Origin: a virus
Length of the DNA: 64,000 nt
Strand: one strand, 5' to 3'
IMG/VR virus record: IMGVR_UViG_3300026097_000011
Coordinates: 1 to 64,000 of that record
Of the stretch, positions 49,928-59,907 are shown piece by piece; position 1 is the first letter of the stretch, and each line of letters starts with the position of its first letter. Below the pieces are notes generated by a model. The model was not told the DNA's origin, searched no databases, and worked only from the letters and a program-made list of their open reading frames with translations. Position numbers and translations under genes: made by a program.

Positions 49928-50887
49928 TTGAAAGATTATTATAAAATATTAGGAGTAGATGAAAAATCAACCTCGGATGATATAAAAAAGGCGTATAGAA
50001 AGCTATCAAAACAATATCATCCAGATGTTAATCTAACACCCGGAGCAGATGAAAAATTTAAGGAAGTAGCAAGTGCATATGAAACCTTAGGTGATGTCAA
50101 AAAAAGAGAACTATACGATATATCTAGAAAGCCAAAAAGTACATTTGGAAGAAGGGGAACTTCATTTGAAGATTGGGCTAATGAATTTGGAACAGGTGAT
50201 TCTGGATTTGGAAGAGGATCATCGCGTGGTGGATTTGGAAGAGCACATGCTCGTAAAAATCCTACTACGACACATCTTCATGTAAATAAAACAATCGAAG
50301 TAAATTTAAAGGACTTAATACTAGGAACACAAGTAGAGGTTAAATATGATAGATACGTAATTGATGGAAATTTTCTTAAGAATAAGGAAGATAAAATTTT
50401 AAATATTCACTTAGATCTTAAAAAAAAGTATTTACCTATAACTAAAGTTGGGGATAATTATATAATCAATATTAAACTTGAAAAATTAGGAAGCGAAGAT
50501 ATACATCGAAGAACAAATATATGGGGAGATCTTGAAAACATAATATTATATGGTGATTTTATACTTGAAGTTAAAGTTAAAATACCAGAAGATGTCAATA
50601 TAGAAGATAATAATATAATTCAATTTATTGATATTCCTCTATATAAAACCCTATTTCCAGAAGAAAAGATTAGAATATCTACTATTTTAGATAAATCATA
50701 TGACGCTGAAATATCTACACCTAAAAAATTAAATGATCTTAAATTTAACATCAAAGATCAAGGAATTAAAGGTAAAGCTGGAACAATAGGTAATTATACA
50801 ATTAGATTTAACATTATTCCACCGGATCTATCCAAGATCAATAAATCCACATTAAATACCATAAAAGAATCCTTTACACAAGAGTAG
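49928..50887 (+). CDS. dnaJ: DnaJ-family co-chaperone (J domain + G/F region, no zinc finger)
   Basis: [30 protein letters not shown]; TTG start at 49928. Confidence 0.88.
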   Translation: MKDYYKILGVDEKSTSDDIKKAYRKLSKQYHPDVNLTPGADEKFKEVASAYETLGDVKKRELYDISRKPKSTFGRRGTSFEDWANEFGTGDSGFGRGSSRGGFGRAHARKNPTTTHLHVNKTIEVNLKDLILGTQVEVKYDRYVIDGNFLKNKEDKILNIHLDLKKKYLPITKVGDNYIINIKLEKLGSEDIHRRTNIWGDLENIILYGDFILEVKVKIPEDVNIEDNNIIQFIDIPLYKTLFPEEKIRISTILDKSYDAEISTPKKLNDLKFNIKDQGIKGKAGTIGNYTIRFNIIPPDLSKINKSTLNTIKESFTQE

Positions 50888-50921
50888 AGTAAAGAATTTA
50901 ATTTTTTTCTATTAAGTCTGT

Positions 50922-50929
50922 TATAAATA
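50922..50929 (+). promoter_or_regulatory. T4-type late promoter TATAAATA
   Basis: Exact T4 gp55 consensus upstream of protease-capsid operon. Confidence 0.7.
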
Positions 50930-50950
50930 ATAAAAAATTGCAGACGAATA

Positions 50951-52918
50951 ATGAACTTATCAAGCAATAGTCAATTAGACGATTTTGTACTTATAGTAGA
51001 AAACGTTGGAAAGGACTTAACAATGAAAAAGGCTTCTAATGATTATATATTAGAGGGTGTTTGTGCGGTATTTGGCGCAAAGAACAATAATAACCGAGTT
51101 TACGAGAAAGATGAGTACCTTCCGCATTTAAGTTATTTACAAGATAAGATCGATAAGGGTCAGCTGGTTGGAGATTTAGATCACCCACCACATTTTGATG
51201 TAACTCTTAAAAGTGCATCTCACATTATCGAGTCGTTAGATTATGACGGTGGAGATAAAGTAAACATTAAACTAAGAATTTTAAATAATACTCCAAACGG
51301 AAAGATCGCAAGAGCTTTATTAGACGGAGGAGTTAATCTATCAATTTCATCTAGAGCAGCAGGACAAGTTCTTGAATCTAGTAAAGTTAAACTTCACAGA
51401 ATCTTTACTTACGATTTAGTAGGAGAGCCTGGTTTTACTGAAGCTATTTTAAAGAAAACCCTTAATGAATCTCTTAAAAATGATTTCCAAATGATTACAG
51501 AAAGCTATGATCATTTGAAAGAAGAATCATTTGTTGAAAAAGAGCATTTAGTTAATATTTCAGAAAATTTAAACTTTAGTGATAATATTAAAGTCTATAA
51601 AATAAATAAACCTATAGAATCTATGTTTGAGAGCTCTATATCAAAAGAAGAAAAAAATAATAACACAATGGCCGACACTAAAGATTTTGTAACTAAGGAG
51701 AGTATGAATAGATACTCTGAAGTAGTTAAGGAAAATTTCGAAAGCTTAAGAGCTGAATTAAAAAATCAAAAAGCTATAATGGAATCTGCTGGAAACGGTG
51801 AAGGACATGATCTAAATAGCTTATTTAGTTTTGTTAGTTATATTGCAGAACACTTAGAAGGAGTTATTAATTACTCTGATTATCTTTCTGAAATGGTTAA
51901 CAAAAATGTTGCATACACAGAGCATGTTGCAGAAACTACTAACCATGCAATTGAATATTCTAGTTATATTGGAGAGAAATTAAATACTTCAATTGGACAT
52001 AACGATTATATTGCAGAAAAATTAAATCAAACGATTAATTACGCTGAATATATCAAGGAAAGCTTAAACGGTTCAATTAATTATCAAAATTATTTAGCAG
52101 AGGAATTAGATAGAGGTATTCAATATACTGAGTATGTAGCAGAAGGAGCTAATAATGGGATTCAATTCTCAGAATATCTTTCTAAATCTATTAACGAAAA
52201 CAGAGAATATGCTCAATATATAGCAGAAAAAACTACTCAAGGGATTGGTTATACTGAATACGTTGCAGAACAAATGAATGCAGGAGTTTCAGCACCAGGT
52301 AAAAGAAGCCTGTTAGATAACGTAGAACGATTAACTGAATCAAAATCTATTGATAACTTAGTAGATAGTGTAGATGCAGTTATCGCAGAAGTTAGTTCTA
52401 ACTCAGCTAAAGCTGTACTAGAAAACAGACATCCTTTCTTAAAGGTTCTTTCAGAATCTCACAGAGAAAACTTCTACAAATTAGAATCTAATCAGAAACA
52501 AGCAATTGTTGAAGCATTAGGAGCTACTATTTGGTTCAATGAAGCTGATGTTTTAGGAATCATGGATTCAGTTGTTAATGAATCAACAAAAGACTTACAC
52601 ATTCTTGAGAAATTTATGCCAGATTCAGTTAAACCAGTTTGGAATAAAATGAATGAGAGTGAAAAATCAAGAATTTTCGCAAAATCTCAATTATATAACC
52701 TAAAGACACCTTATCAAGTTAAATCGTTTTTCGATGAACAAGACTTTAGAAGAATAAATGAAAGAGTTGCTATTGAGGCACAAAATATTAAAGAAATGCA
52801 AAAGCTTAACGAAAGCCAAAGTACAGAAGGTATGATATCCGTTGAAAGGGTAGTTGAGTCAAGCAGAGGTTATTCCTCAAATTACCTAGCTAATCTGCAA
52901 AGAAGAGCTAACAACTAA
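50951..52918 (+). CDS. Prohead protease (gp21-like) fused to scaffold-like region
   Basis: NNNNRVY, GDLDHP, ASH, TPNGKI, ISSRAAG, YDLVGEPGF; 14-aa repeats. Confidence 0.9.
   Translation: MNLSSNSQLDDFVLIVENVGKDLTMKKASNDYILEGVCAVFGAKNNNNRVYEKDEYLPHLSYLQDKIDKGQLVGDLDHPPHFDVTLKSASHIIESLDYDGGDKVNIKLRILNNTPNGKIARALLDGGVNLSISSRAAGQVLESSKVKLHRIFTYDLVGEPGFTEAILKKTLNESLKNDFQMITESYDHLKEESFVEKEHLVNISENLNFSDNIKVYKINKPIESMFESSISKEEKNNNTMADTKDFVTKESMNRYSEVVKENFESLRAELKNQKAIMESAGNGEGHDLNSLFSFVSYIAEHLEGVINYSDYLSEMVNKNVAYTEHVAETTNHAIEYSSYIGEKLNTSIGHNDYIAEKLNQTINYAEYIKESLNGSINYQNYLAEELDRGIQYTEYVAEGANNGIQFSEYLSKSINENREYAQYIAEKTTQGIGYTEYVAEQMNAGVSAPGKRSLLDNVERLTESKSIDNLVDSVDAVIAEVSSNSAKAVLENRHPFLKVLSESHRENFYKLESNQKQAIVEALGATIWFNEADVLGIMDSVVNESTKDLHILEKFMPDSVKPVWNKMNESEKSRIFAKSQLYNLKTPYQVKSFFDEQDFRRINERVAIEAQNIKEMQKLNESQSTEGMISVERVVESSRGYSSNYLANLQRRANN
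51839..52270 (+). repeat. Ten tandem 42-bp (14-aa) repeats, consensus YxAExLNxxIxYxE
   Basis: YIAE at 51839 to YVAE at 52259 is exactly 420 bp. Confidence 0.9.
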
Positions 52919-52936
52919 AAAAAAACCATATTAAAA

Positions 52937-54592
52937 ATGGCTAAGACTAAAATTTTCAGACGTTCAAACGATCAATCGTTGAACAACACGTGGAAACCAA
53001 TTTTGGAATCTCACGGAGCTGATATGGAATCTACACCATGGCTAGCGGAATACGCTCACAACCACGCAATATTTGATAATAGTGCACCGTTATTTGAGCA
53101 AGCTGGACCAGGACAATTCCTTCAAACTCCAGGAGCTTTACCAGGAATGGGACAAGCAATCGCACCAACTCCAGGGCAAACGCCTTTCACAGCTGGTGGA
53201 GCAAAAAACTCTTACGGAGATTCAGGATCTGGGGATAAATTCCCTTCATTACTTCCTGTAGCAATTCAAGTAGCAGCAAAAACTATCGGTTTCGACCTAG
53301 TTCCAGTTGTTCCTATGGATTCTCCAGTAGGTTTCTTACCTTACCTTGATTACCTTTACACAGGTGGTAGAACCGAAGATACAGCTTTCGAGCCGTACAT
53401 GGTTAAACTTCAAGGAATTACTGCAGCTTCTTTAGTTGGAGGAACTTTAACACCAGGACAATTACTAGTTACTTCAGGTCCTTCTGTTAGAACTTATGAA
53501 TTCATTGGATTCTCAAGAGTAGACGGTCACTTGATCGTAAAAGTTAAAACTGACTCAGACGCAATTTCGGTTGCTGGTGATTTAGAAGGAGACACGATTA
53601 ATACAATCGGTACTTCAATTACTGTACCACCTACAATCGCTACTGGAGCAGTACAATTAGTATCTGCATTAGAGAACCACATCTCAGGATTTACTTCGGT
53701 AAGTGATGATGATTATGCATCAACTGCATTCTCTGGTCCTTACTTTACTGAGAACAATGGAGAAATCCCTGGTTCAATGAAAAGAGAAGAAGGAGAGCAA
53801 TCAAGATTCAGACAAATGGGTCTAAGAATGTTCACAAAATTCATCGAAGCTGAAACTGATCAAGTTGCGATCTCTGCATCTGTAGAGCAAATCCAAGATT
53901 TGAACAGAGTTTGGAACTACGACGTAATCTCTATGTTAGAGAACGTTGCAGTTAATGATTTAGCTCAGTCTATTAACAAAAGACTTGTTGATAGAGTATT
54001 CCAAATGGCAGATGCTCACAACGTTGAGGTTAATGCTGTGGAAGGAGCTGGAATCACATCTCTAGACTTGTTAGCAGGTACTGGTGGATTTGAAAACGTT
54101 TCTACTCTTCAAAGAAGATTAGTTACTAAAATTCTTGAATTGTCTAACTTAATTTACCACAGAGGTAGATTCGGTGCAGGTACATTCATGGTAACTAACG
54201 GTAGAGTTGCATCTGCATTAGCTGATGTTGCTGGTTACTCAATTGCTCAAGTTCCTACGGATATGAGTGGAGTTGCTGGAAACCTTTACCCAGCTGGAAA
54301 AGTATACGGAGTACAAGTATACGTTGATCCTAACTTATCGTTCGGAGATACTAGAATTGTAATCGGTAGAAAAGGAGCTGATGAAGAGCCAGGAGTTAAA
54401 TTCATGCCTTACATCATGGCAGAGTCTTTACAGACTATTGCTGAAGGAACATTCTCTCCAAAGATCGGAATGAAATCTCGTTACGCGATCACTGAAGCAG
54501 GATGGCACCCAGAAACACAATATATCAACATGGAGGTTAGTGGAGATATGGCAGTGTTAACTGGAGGAGTTGCACCTTCAAACACTCTTTAA
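52937..54592 (+). CDS. Major capsid protein (T4 gp23-like)
   Basis: W.PILE, DLVPVVPMDSPVG, EQIQDL, INK, VYVDP, FMPY, FSPKIGMKSRYA; biased codon use. Confidence 0.93.
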   Translation: MAKTKIFRRSNDQSLNNTWKPILESHGADMESTPWLAEYAHNHAIFDNSAPLFEQAGPGQFLQTPGALPGMGQAIAPTPGQTPFTAGGAKNSYGDSGSGDKFPSLLPVAIQVAAKTIGFDLVPVVPMDSPVGFLPYLDYLYTGGRTEDTAFEPYMVKLQGITAASLVGGTLTPGQLLVTSGPSVRTYEFIGFSRVDGHLIVKVKTDSDAISVAGDLEGDTINTIGTSITVPPTIATGAVQLVSALENHISGFTSVSDDDYASTAFSGPYFTENNGEIPGSMKREEGEQSRFRQMGLRMFTKFIEAETDQVAISASVEQIQDLNRVWNYDVISMLENVAVNDLAQSINKRLVDRVFQMADAHNVEVNAVEGAGITSLDLLAGTGGFENVSTLQRRLVTKILELSNLIYHRGRFGAGTFMVTNGRVASALADVAGYSIAQVPTDMSGVAGNLYPAGKVYGVQVYVDPNLSFGDTRIVIGRKGADEEPGVKFMPYIMAESLQTIAEGTFSPKIGMKSRYAITEAGWHPETQYINMEVSGDMAVLTGGVAPSNTL

Positions 54593-54615
54593 TCGATAGA
54601 TTAACTAGATATAAG

Positions 54616-54645
54616 AAAAGGAAGACTACGGTCTTCCTTTTTTTT
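54616..54645 (+). terminator. Intrinsic terminator after capsid gene
   Basis: GGAAGAC-tacg-GTCTTCC followed by T8. Confidence 0.92.
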
Positions 54646-54703
54646 GTTATAAACTTTGGGATATTAGATATTGTCGTTATAAATAATAAAAAGACCATAT
54701 CAT

Positions 54704-55174
54704 ATGAAGAGAGTAAAACTAGGAAAATATCAGTATTTTCTTAGAGTAGCAGTTATTATCTTAGCAGCTATTTTTCCATTTATATGTTTATTGTCTTATG
54801 GGTATTTACCTTCTATTTCAAGCTACTGGAATACTGATCTACAACCTCTTTTTATTATTGCAAATGCCGCGACTTCATATTATCTATATTCTATAAAGGA
54901 TTGGAAGATGTCAGCGTTGATGCTACTATTGCTCACGTCATTCTCGTTAACACTATTTCCGATTGTACATAATATATTAGCAATAGTGTTTTTTATTGTT
55001 AATGTATACCCGTTAACCAAAACAAATCATTTTAAATGGTGTATTGCTTTATACCTTACGTCGTTGATTGTTTTACCATGGAGCATGACATTTGCAGAGA
55101 TTATTGCAATAGAAGTTTTATGCTTATATCATCTATTAGTTCTAATTAAAGCTAATCGCCTACAGCACCACTAG
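54704..55174 (+). CDS. Multi-pass membrane protein (DUF998-like)
   Basis: ~5 TM segments; SISSYW, HN..A..FF. Confidence 0.7.
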   Translation: MKRVKLGKYQYFLRVAVIILAAIFPFICLLSYGYLPSISSYWNTDLQPLFIIANAATSYYLYSIKDWKMSALMLLLLTSFSLTLFPIVHNILAIVFFIVNVYPLTKTNHFKWCIALYLTSLIVLPWSMTFAEIIAIEVLCLYHLLVLIKANRLQHH

Positions 55175-56226
55175 ACTGCCATGTGAACACTTTTCCAATT
55201 AGGATAAGATTCATATCCTTCAATTTTAAAGTTGTCTAGTGTGTACGAGAATATATTCTCAGCCTTTTCTAATATTAACTTAGGAGCTTTATATTTAAAG
55301 GGTGCACGAGTTAATTGCTCTTTAACTAAATCGATATGATTTTCATATATATGCACATTAGTAAGATCTCCTATTAGTTTACCAGGGACCATATTTGCTT
55401 GATCAGCGAACATATGTAATAAGAATGCGTAACTTGCAATATTAAATGGAAGTCCTAAGAAAGTATCTACGGATCGTTGGTGCCATTTTAAAGATAATCT
55501 CCTAGTTGGAACTCCATTTGCCCTCATATCATCATATACGTTTTCAAGTCCGGCTTCTAACATTTCAAGTTCAACGTTATTATCTTTACACCATTGATAT
55601 CTTTCTTGCATTGTTAATTCCTCAGTATATAGTTCAAATGCCCAGTGACAAGGAGGAAGGCACATTTTAGTAATGTCGGCAATATTCCATGCAGATACCA
55701 TCATTCTACGATCATCTGGACTATTAATCAATTTGTCCATTACTTGTGAAATCTGATTAATATGGTGAGTATTAGGTTCTCCATATTCTACATGCTCCCG
55801 TGAATAATTTGGAAGCTCCCAATTCACCCATTGCTTTCCATATATTGGACCCATTTCAAATATTCCTTGTTGTAGAACAGGATCATCTTGACGCTCCTTT
55901 AATTCTTCAATTGTATATGGATCCTTAATTCCTGCTTTTTCTGCAGCCTTTAGATAATAATCATACCAATTACCATCCCATACTTTAATATCTCTTTTCC
56001 AAAGATCTCTAATGTCAGTAGATCCAGTAAGGAACCATAGTAGTTCACCAATAATTCCTTTAGTATACATCTTCTTCGTTGTAATTAAAGGGAATCCTTG
56101 ATTCATATCAAGTTCTAGTGTGTGATTGAATATTGAAACAGTGTCGATTCCAGTTCTATTTTCTTTTACAGTTCCTTTGTCTAGAATACGCTGTAGTAGT
56201 TTGTGATATTCGTGAGTTGCTTGCAT
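55171..56226 (-). CDS. thyA: Thymidylate synthase
   Basis: NRTG, FPLITTKK, ELLWF, GPIYGKQW, LPPCH, QRSVD..LGLPFNIASY, HIYENH. Confidence 0.97.
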   Translation of the reverse strand: MQATHEYHKLLQRILDKGTVKENRTGIDTVSIFNHTLELDMNQGFPLITTKKMYTKGIIGELLWFLTGSTDIRDLWKRDIKVWDGNWYDYYLKAAEKAGIKDPYTIEELKERQDDPVLQQGIFEMGPIYGKQWVNWELPNYSREHVEYGEPNTHHINQISQVMDKLINSPDDRRMMVSAWNIADITKMCLPPCHWAFELYTEELTMQERYQWCKDNNVELEMLEAGLENVYDDMRANGVPTRRLSLKWHQRSVDTFLGLPFNIASYAFLLHMFADQANMVPGKLIGDLTNVHIYENHIDLVKEQLTRAPFKYKAPKLILEKAENIFSYTLDNFKIEGYESYPNWKSVHMAV

Positions 56227-56227
56227 A

Positions 56228-56476
56228 TTAAAACTGTTTGTTATTTATTATACCAAGAATCAACCCATTGGTTTTTTTTCGAACATCCTCTGGAATGTCC
56301 TCGATATTATAACATTCAAATTCAATATGTTTATTCTCTCCTGAAGCAAACAGCACGTGGTATTCCTCAAATAACTCTGGCATCTCCAATTTTGTGTTAG
56401 CGAATATTGCTGCCCTTTGATCAATTGGAGTCCCTTTGTTTAGTCTTATTACGAATATTGGTTTAGGCTTCTTCAT
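56228..56476 (-). CDS. Hypothetical protein
   Basis: 82-aa coupled ORF. Confidence 0.65.
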   Translation of the reverse strand: MKKPKPIFVIRLNKGTPIDQRAAIFANTKLEMPELFEEYHVLFASGENKHIEFECYNIEDIPEDVRKKTNGLILGIINNKQF

Positions 56477-57329
56477 TTATTTCTTCTTTGTCAAAATCGG
56501 TGTAGTAGTTTTTAGAACACCATTGCATACATTCAACTAATCCTGGATCGATATCCTCTAGAAATAGTGCATATGCTTTTGCAAAAGGTAGATCCTTTGA
56601 CCAAGCTAAATTCTCAAGTTCACATGGAGTATTACATGCATCATAGTAGCCATGTCCACCGATTGCTAATGTGTGACATATTCCATGCATATATTCTCTA
56701 TGATTAGATTTAAGAGTTCTTAACCAATCACGTCCTCTTCTTTCTTCGTCATCTTCGAAATATCTTCCGTCCCACTCCCATCGATCTTTAATGTCTCGAT
56801 ATAAACGCTGAACAATTTGGCTTAATACTTCTTTAATAACTTGAGCTGAATCACGTCGACCGCTCAAGTTAATCGGGTTAGAGTAATTAGAATGTCGATA
56901 TCTAGGATTCCATTTAGTCTTTGATTCTGAATCAATCATCCATAGATGATCAATGTATATTTGCAACCCAAGATCGTGTTTCATATTAGCATATGCTCCT
57001 CTCATGAATTTATCCTTATGTTCTTGAGTTTTACCTTTAACTGCTCTTCCAGTTCCATTTGCCCAATCTATAAAATCTTGATGAGATAGGTTCGCACTAT
57101 TAAAATGACCTTGTTGATTTTGATTTACCCAGTATGAATCCATATCAGATGCAATTCCCTTCATATGTTTTGGAAAAATCTTTGATTTTTTACGTTCATT
57201 CCAACTTTTGATAACGCTATCCTTATTCATAGGATTAACATGCTCCACTGATTCTATTATTTCAGGAATTGTTCTTTCCTCAACTGGCTTGTCAATTACT
57301 TTTACTTTGCGTCTTCCAAATATTCCCAT
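56463..57329 (-). CDS. Hypothetical protein
   Basis: 288-aa ORF. Confidence 0.75.
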   Translation of the reverse strand: MGIFGRRKVKVIDKPVEERTIPEIIESVEHVNPMNKDSVIKSWNERKKSKIFPKHMKGIASDMDSYWVNQNQQGHFNSANLSHQDFIDWANGTGRAVKGKTQEHKDKFMRGAYANMKHDLGLQIYIDHLWMIDSESKTKWNPRYRHSNYSNPINLSGRRDSAQVIKEVLSQIVQRLYRDIKDRWEWDGRYFEDDEERRGRDWLRTLKSNHREYMHGICHTLAIGGHGYYDACNTPCELENLAWSKDLPFAKAYALFLEDIDPGLVECMQWCSKNYYTDFDKEEINEEA

Positions 57330-57346
57330 GATAAGATTTTTAATTC

Positions 57347-58714
57347 TTATCTAATATACTCTTTCTTTAGAACTTTTTTAAGATCATTTAAATCATCAAG
57401 GTACATATCAGCAGGCTTTGTCTTCTTCATAGTTGTTAAATCTTTCTTTTTCTCAGATTCCTGAAGTAATAATTCTTCATATTTTTCTTTAGTCAAGGTA
57501 TGAATTGCCATAGATAATAAGTATGAATACGATCCATCTACTTCGTCAAAATCAGCAGTTTGCAGCCATAATACAATTTGTTTCTTTGGAACATTATTGA
57601 TTTTTAGTTTTCCATCTATAATAGCTTTAATAAATGCTGCTTTATTTGAAAGTATTAATAGCTCTCTTTCTAACTTATCAATGATGAATTCTTTTCGTTT
57701 AGTATAAAACTTCATTCTAAACGCTACGAAGTATTTTACAATATCAGATGCAGATTCAAAAATCTTTAATTTACCATGTTCATCAAGAACAGTTAAATTC
57801 TCAGTTTGTTTTTCCTCCATCTTTAAGAATCTAGTCAGTCTGTCCCCAGTCCCTAATCCACTTAACTGGGATCTGCTCATTTTAAGAGTGTAGTTAATAT
57901 CTGATTTACAGTTATTATCATAGCTCGCTAGTCTCTTTTCATCTTCTAGCTTATTCAAATAGTTATCAAACTTTTCATAAGTAACAGATGGTGGAAGTTC
58001 AGTGATCTCAATTGTTGTTGTATTCTTAACATCATATCTGCCTTTAAACAACCATGAATTCTTGTTATTCGGATTTGGAACAACTTCGCCTGTAAATCCA
58101 TTTACCCATGGTGTAGGCTCTTTAAACTTCTTTCCGTTTAATTCACTAAGACAACAGTCAATTAATTCAATTGGATTCCTATTTAGGATGTTAGTAGCAA
58201 ACCCTACAGCTATTCCTGATGATCCGTTTAGTAAAACAGTAGGAATTATTGGAAGAAAGTATTCAGGTTCTATTTGGGACCCCTCTTCATATCTAGGTGA
58301 TAACAATTCAAAGTCTTTATAGATTAATCTAAAATTTTCATGAAGTTTAGTAGATACATATCTAGGTGCACCTGCTTCTGGAGATCTTAAAGAACCGAAT
58401 TGTCCTATCTCTTGAAGAAGTGGCATTGAATTCTTAAACTTCTGTGCCATTCCAATAATAGCTGAATTTAGAGATGAATCACCGTGGTGGTAATGTGCAT
58501 CTGCTGCAATTCGTCCAGTTAACTGAAAAACTTTATATGCTTTTTCAGATCCATTCTTCCATACTTTATTGGCAATGAAAACAACTTTACGTTGAGTTGG
58601 CTTTAGTCCATCAATAACAGATGGAATTGCTCTATTTTCAATTACGTAAGTTGCATACTCTCGATAATCATTATCTAAGTATTCAGTTATTGTTGATTGT
58701 GTGTTATTGTTCAT
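57347..58714 (-). CDS. Type II topoisomerase, GyrA/ParC-like subunit (gp52)
   Basis: RAIPSVIDGLKPTQRK, YHHGDSS, GAPRY, NGSSGIAVGFAT. Confidence 0.95.
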   Translation of the reverse strand: MNNNTQSTITEYLDNDYREYATYVIENRAIPSVIDGLKPTQRKVVFIANKVWKNGSEKAYKVFQLTGRIAADAHYHHGDSSLNSAIIGMAQKFKNSMPLLQEIGQFGSLRSPEAGAPRYVSTKLHENFRLIYKDFELLSPRYEEGSQIEPEYFLPIIPTVLLNGSSGIAVGFATNILNRNPIELIDCCLSELNGKKFKEPTPWVNGFTGEVVPNPNNKNSWLFKGRYDVKNTTTIEITELPPSVTYEKFDNYLNKLEDEKRLASYDNNCKSDINYTLKMSRSQLSGLGTGDRLTRFLKMEEKQTENLTVLDEHGKLKIFESASDIVKYFVAFRMKFYTKRKEFIIDKLERELLILSNKAAFIKAIIDGKLKINNVPKKQIVLWLQTADFDEVDGSYSYLLSMAIHTLTKEKYEELLLQESEKKKDLTTMKKTKPADMYLDDLNDLKKVLKKEYIR

Positions 58715-58986
58715 AATGAGAATATAATATTTTTCATGTCTCTTCTTTTTGCTATAACTCTTAATAGCATGTCACTTATTCTATTTTTACAAAATGATAG
58801 ATGATCCCATTTAGTTGAATTAGATATCATTGATGATATATCTTCAATCTCATGTCTATTTTCTACTAACTCTTCTTCAGTAAATTCTGTAATCGTACGT
58901 TTTAATGACCGGTCTAATGATCTTATCCCAGAAAAAAATGGATTAAGTTCTTTAGATAGTCCCTTTGTTTGTGCTATATGATTCAT
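58711..58986 (-). CDS. Hypothetical protein
   Basis: 91-aa ORF with ATGA overlaps. Confidence 0.65.
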   Translation of the reverse strand: MNHIAQTKGLSKELNPFFSGIRSLDRSLKRTITEFTEEELVENRHEIEDISSMISNSTKWDHLSFCKNRISDMLLRVIAKRRDMKNIIFSL

Positions 58987-59378
58987 ATTCCGTTTATACT
59001 GTCCCTGTTAGTAGAAGACTTTGGCGTATATTTTACCACTTTTACTTGTAAACCTTTCTTTTTTGCTATATTTATCATATGCATGGTTCCTCTTGATTGT
59101 CCATCCCAAAATGCAACTAATGCATCTGCGTATTCTGCCATTTCAGTATTACGTTTAAATCCTGCTCCTTTTCCAAATTTATCCCAATCTGCAGGAAATC
59201 TTTTTACTTTGTATTCTCGTAATTCTGCGTAATCTTCTCCTAGTTTATCTGCTCCGACTGCAGTTCCACTAACTATTTCAATATCTAGGTTGTTACATTT
59301 AGATAGAAACATATCCATTTTTCCTATCATTTTATAAAACTGACTATAGCTTCTTCCACCTGCAATAATTACTTTCAT
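58983..59378 (-). CDS. SLOG/YspA-like (DUF2493) protein
   Basis: VIIAGGR, VSGTAVGAD, FPADW..AGFKRN..MA..AFWDG.SRGT. Confidence 0.85.
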   Translation of the reverse strand: MKVIIAGGRSYSQFYKMIGKMDMFLSKCNNLDIEIVSGTAVGADKLGEDYAELREYKVKRFPADWDKFGKGAGFKRNTEMAEYADALVAFWDGQSRGTMHMINIAKKKGLQVKVVKYTPKSSTNRDSINGI

Positions 59379-59379
59379 G

Positions 59380-59622
59380 CTACTTGCCATAATAATCTTT
59401 CTGGCTTTCCATGTTATCATCATCTCTGAAGTCTCCACTATTTGAAACAGGTTCATCAATAAATTTTCTAATTTCATCTTGATCCATTCCATTTGGAAAG
59501 CAGATATACTTAAACTTATCAGGATGCATATTTGCAATATTATCCTTATCTGATTGATTTAAAATAATAACAATCGGTTCAGACTCAGCGTCATGAATTT
59601 TATTTCCTATTTTTACTTTCAT
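59380..59622 (-). CDS. Hypothetical protein
   Basis: 80-aa ORF. Confidence 0.65.
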   Translation of the reverse strand: MKVKIGNKIHDAESEPIVIILNQSDKDNIANMHPDKFKYICFPNGMDQDEIRKFIDEPVSNSGDFRDDDNMESQKDYYGK

Positions 59623-59632
59623 ATTAGAATGT

Positions 59633-59896
59633 TTATTTACTAATTTTTAATTCGTTATTAAGGATATCATATACGTATTGCTGTTGATGTTCGCTTAATT
59701 CACTAAATACTTGTTGAAATTCGCATTCTTCATCTCCGTCTGCATACCAAATGTTTAATCTAATACGATCTTCGCTTTCGCCAAATATTTCAATTGAGTT
59801 ATATTCTTCATCAGATGGAGGTATCTTAAAATTAAATACTAACTCATTTGATCCGTCTGAATGATCTTTTACAGCTTTTACAATTTCCTTTTCCAT
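59633..59896 (-). CDS. Hypothetical protein
   Basis: 87-aa ORF. Confidence 0.65.
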   Translation of the reverse strand: MEKEIVKAVKDHSDGSNELVFNFKIPPSDEEYNSIEIFGESEDRIRLNIWYADGDEECEFQQVFSELSEHQQQYVYDILNNELKISK

Positions 59897-59907
59897 TATA
59901 TTTAATT

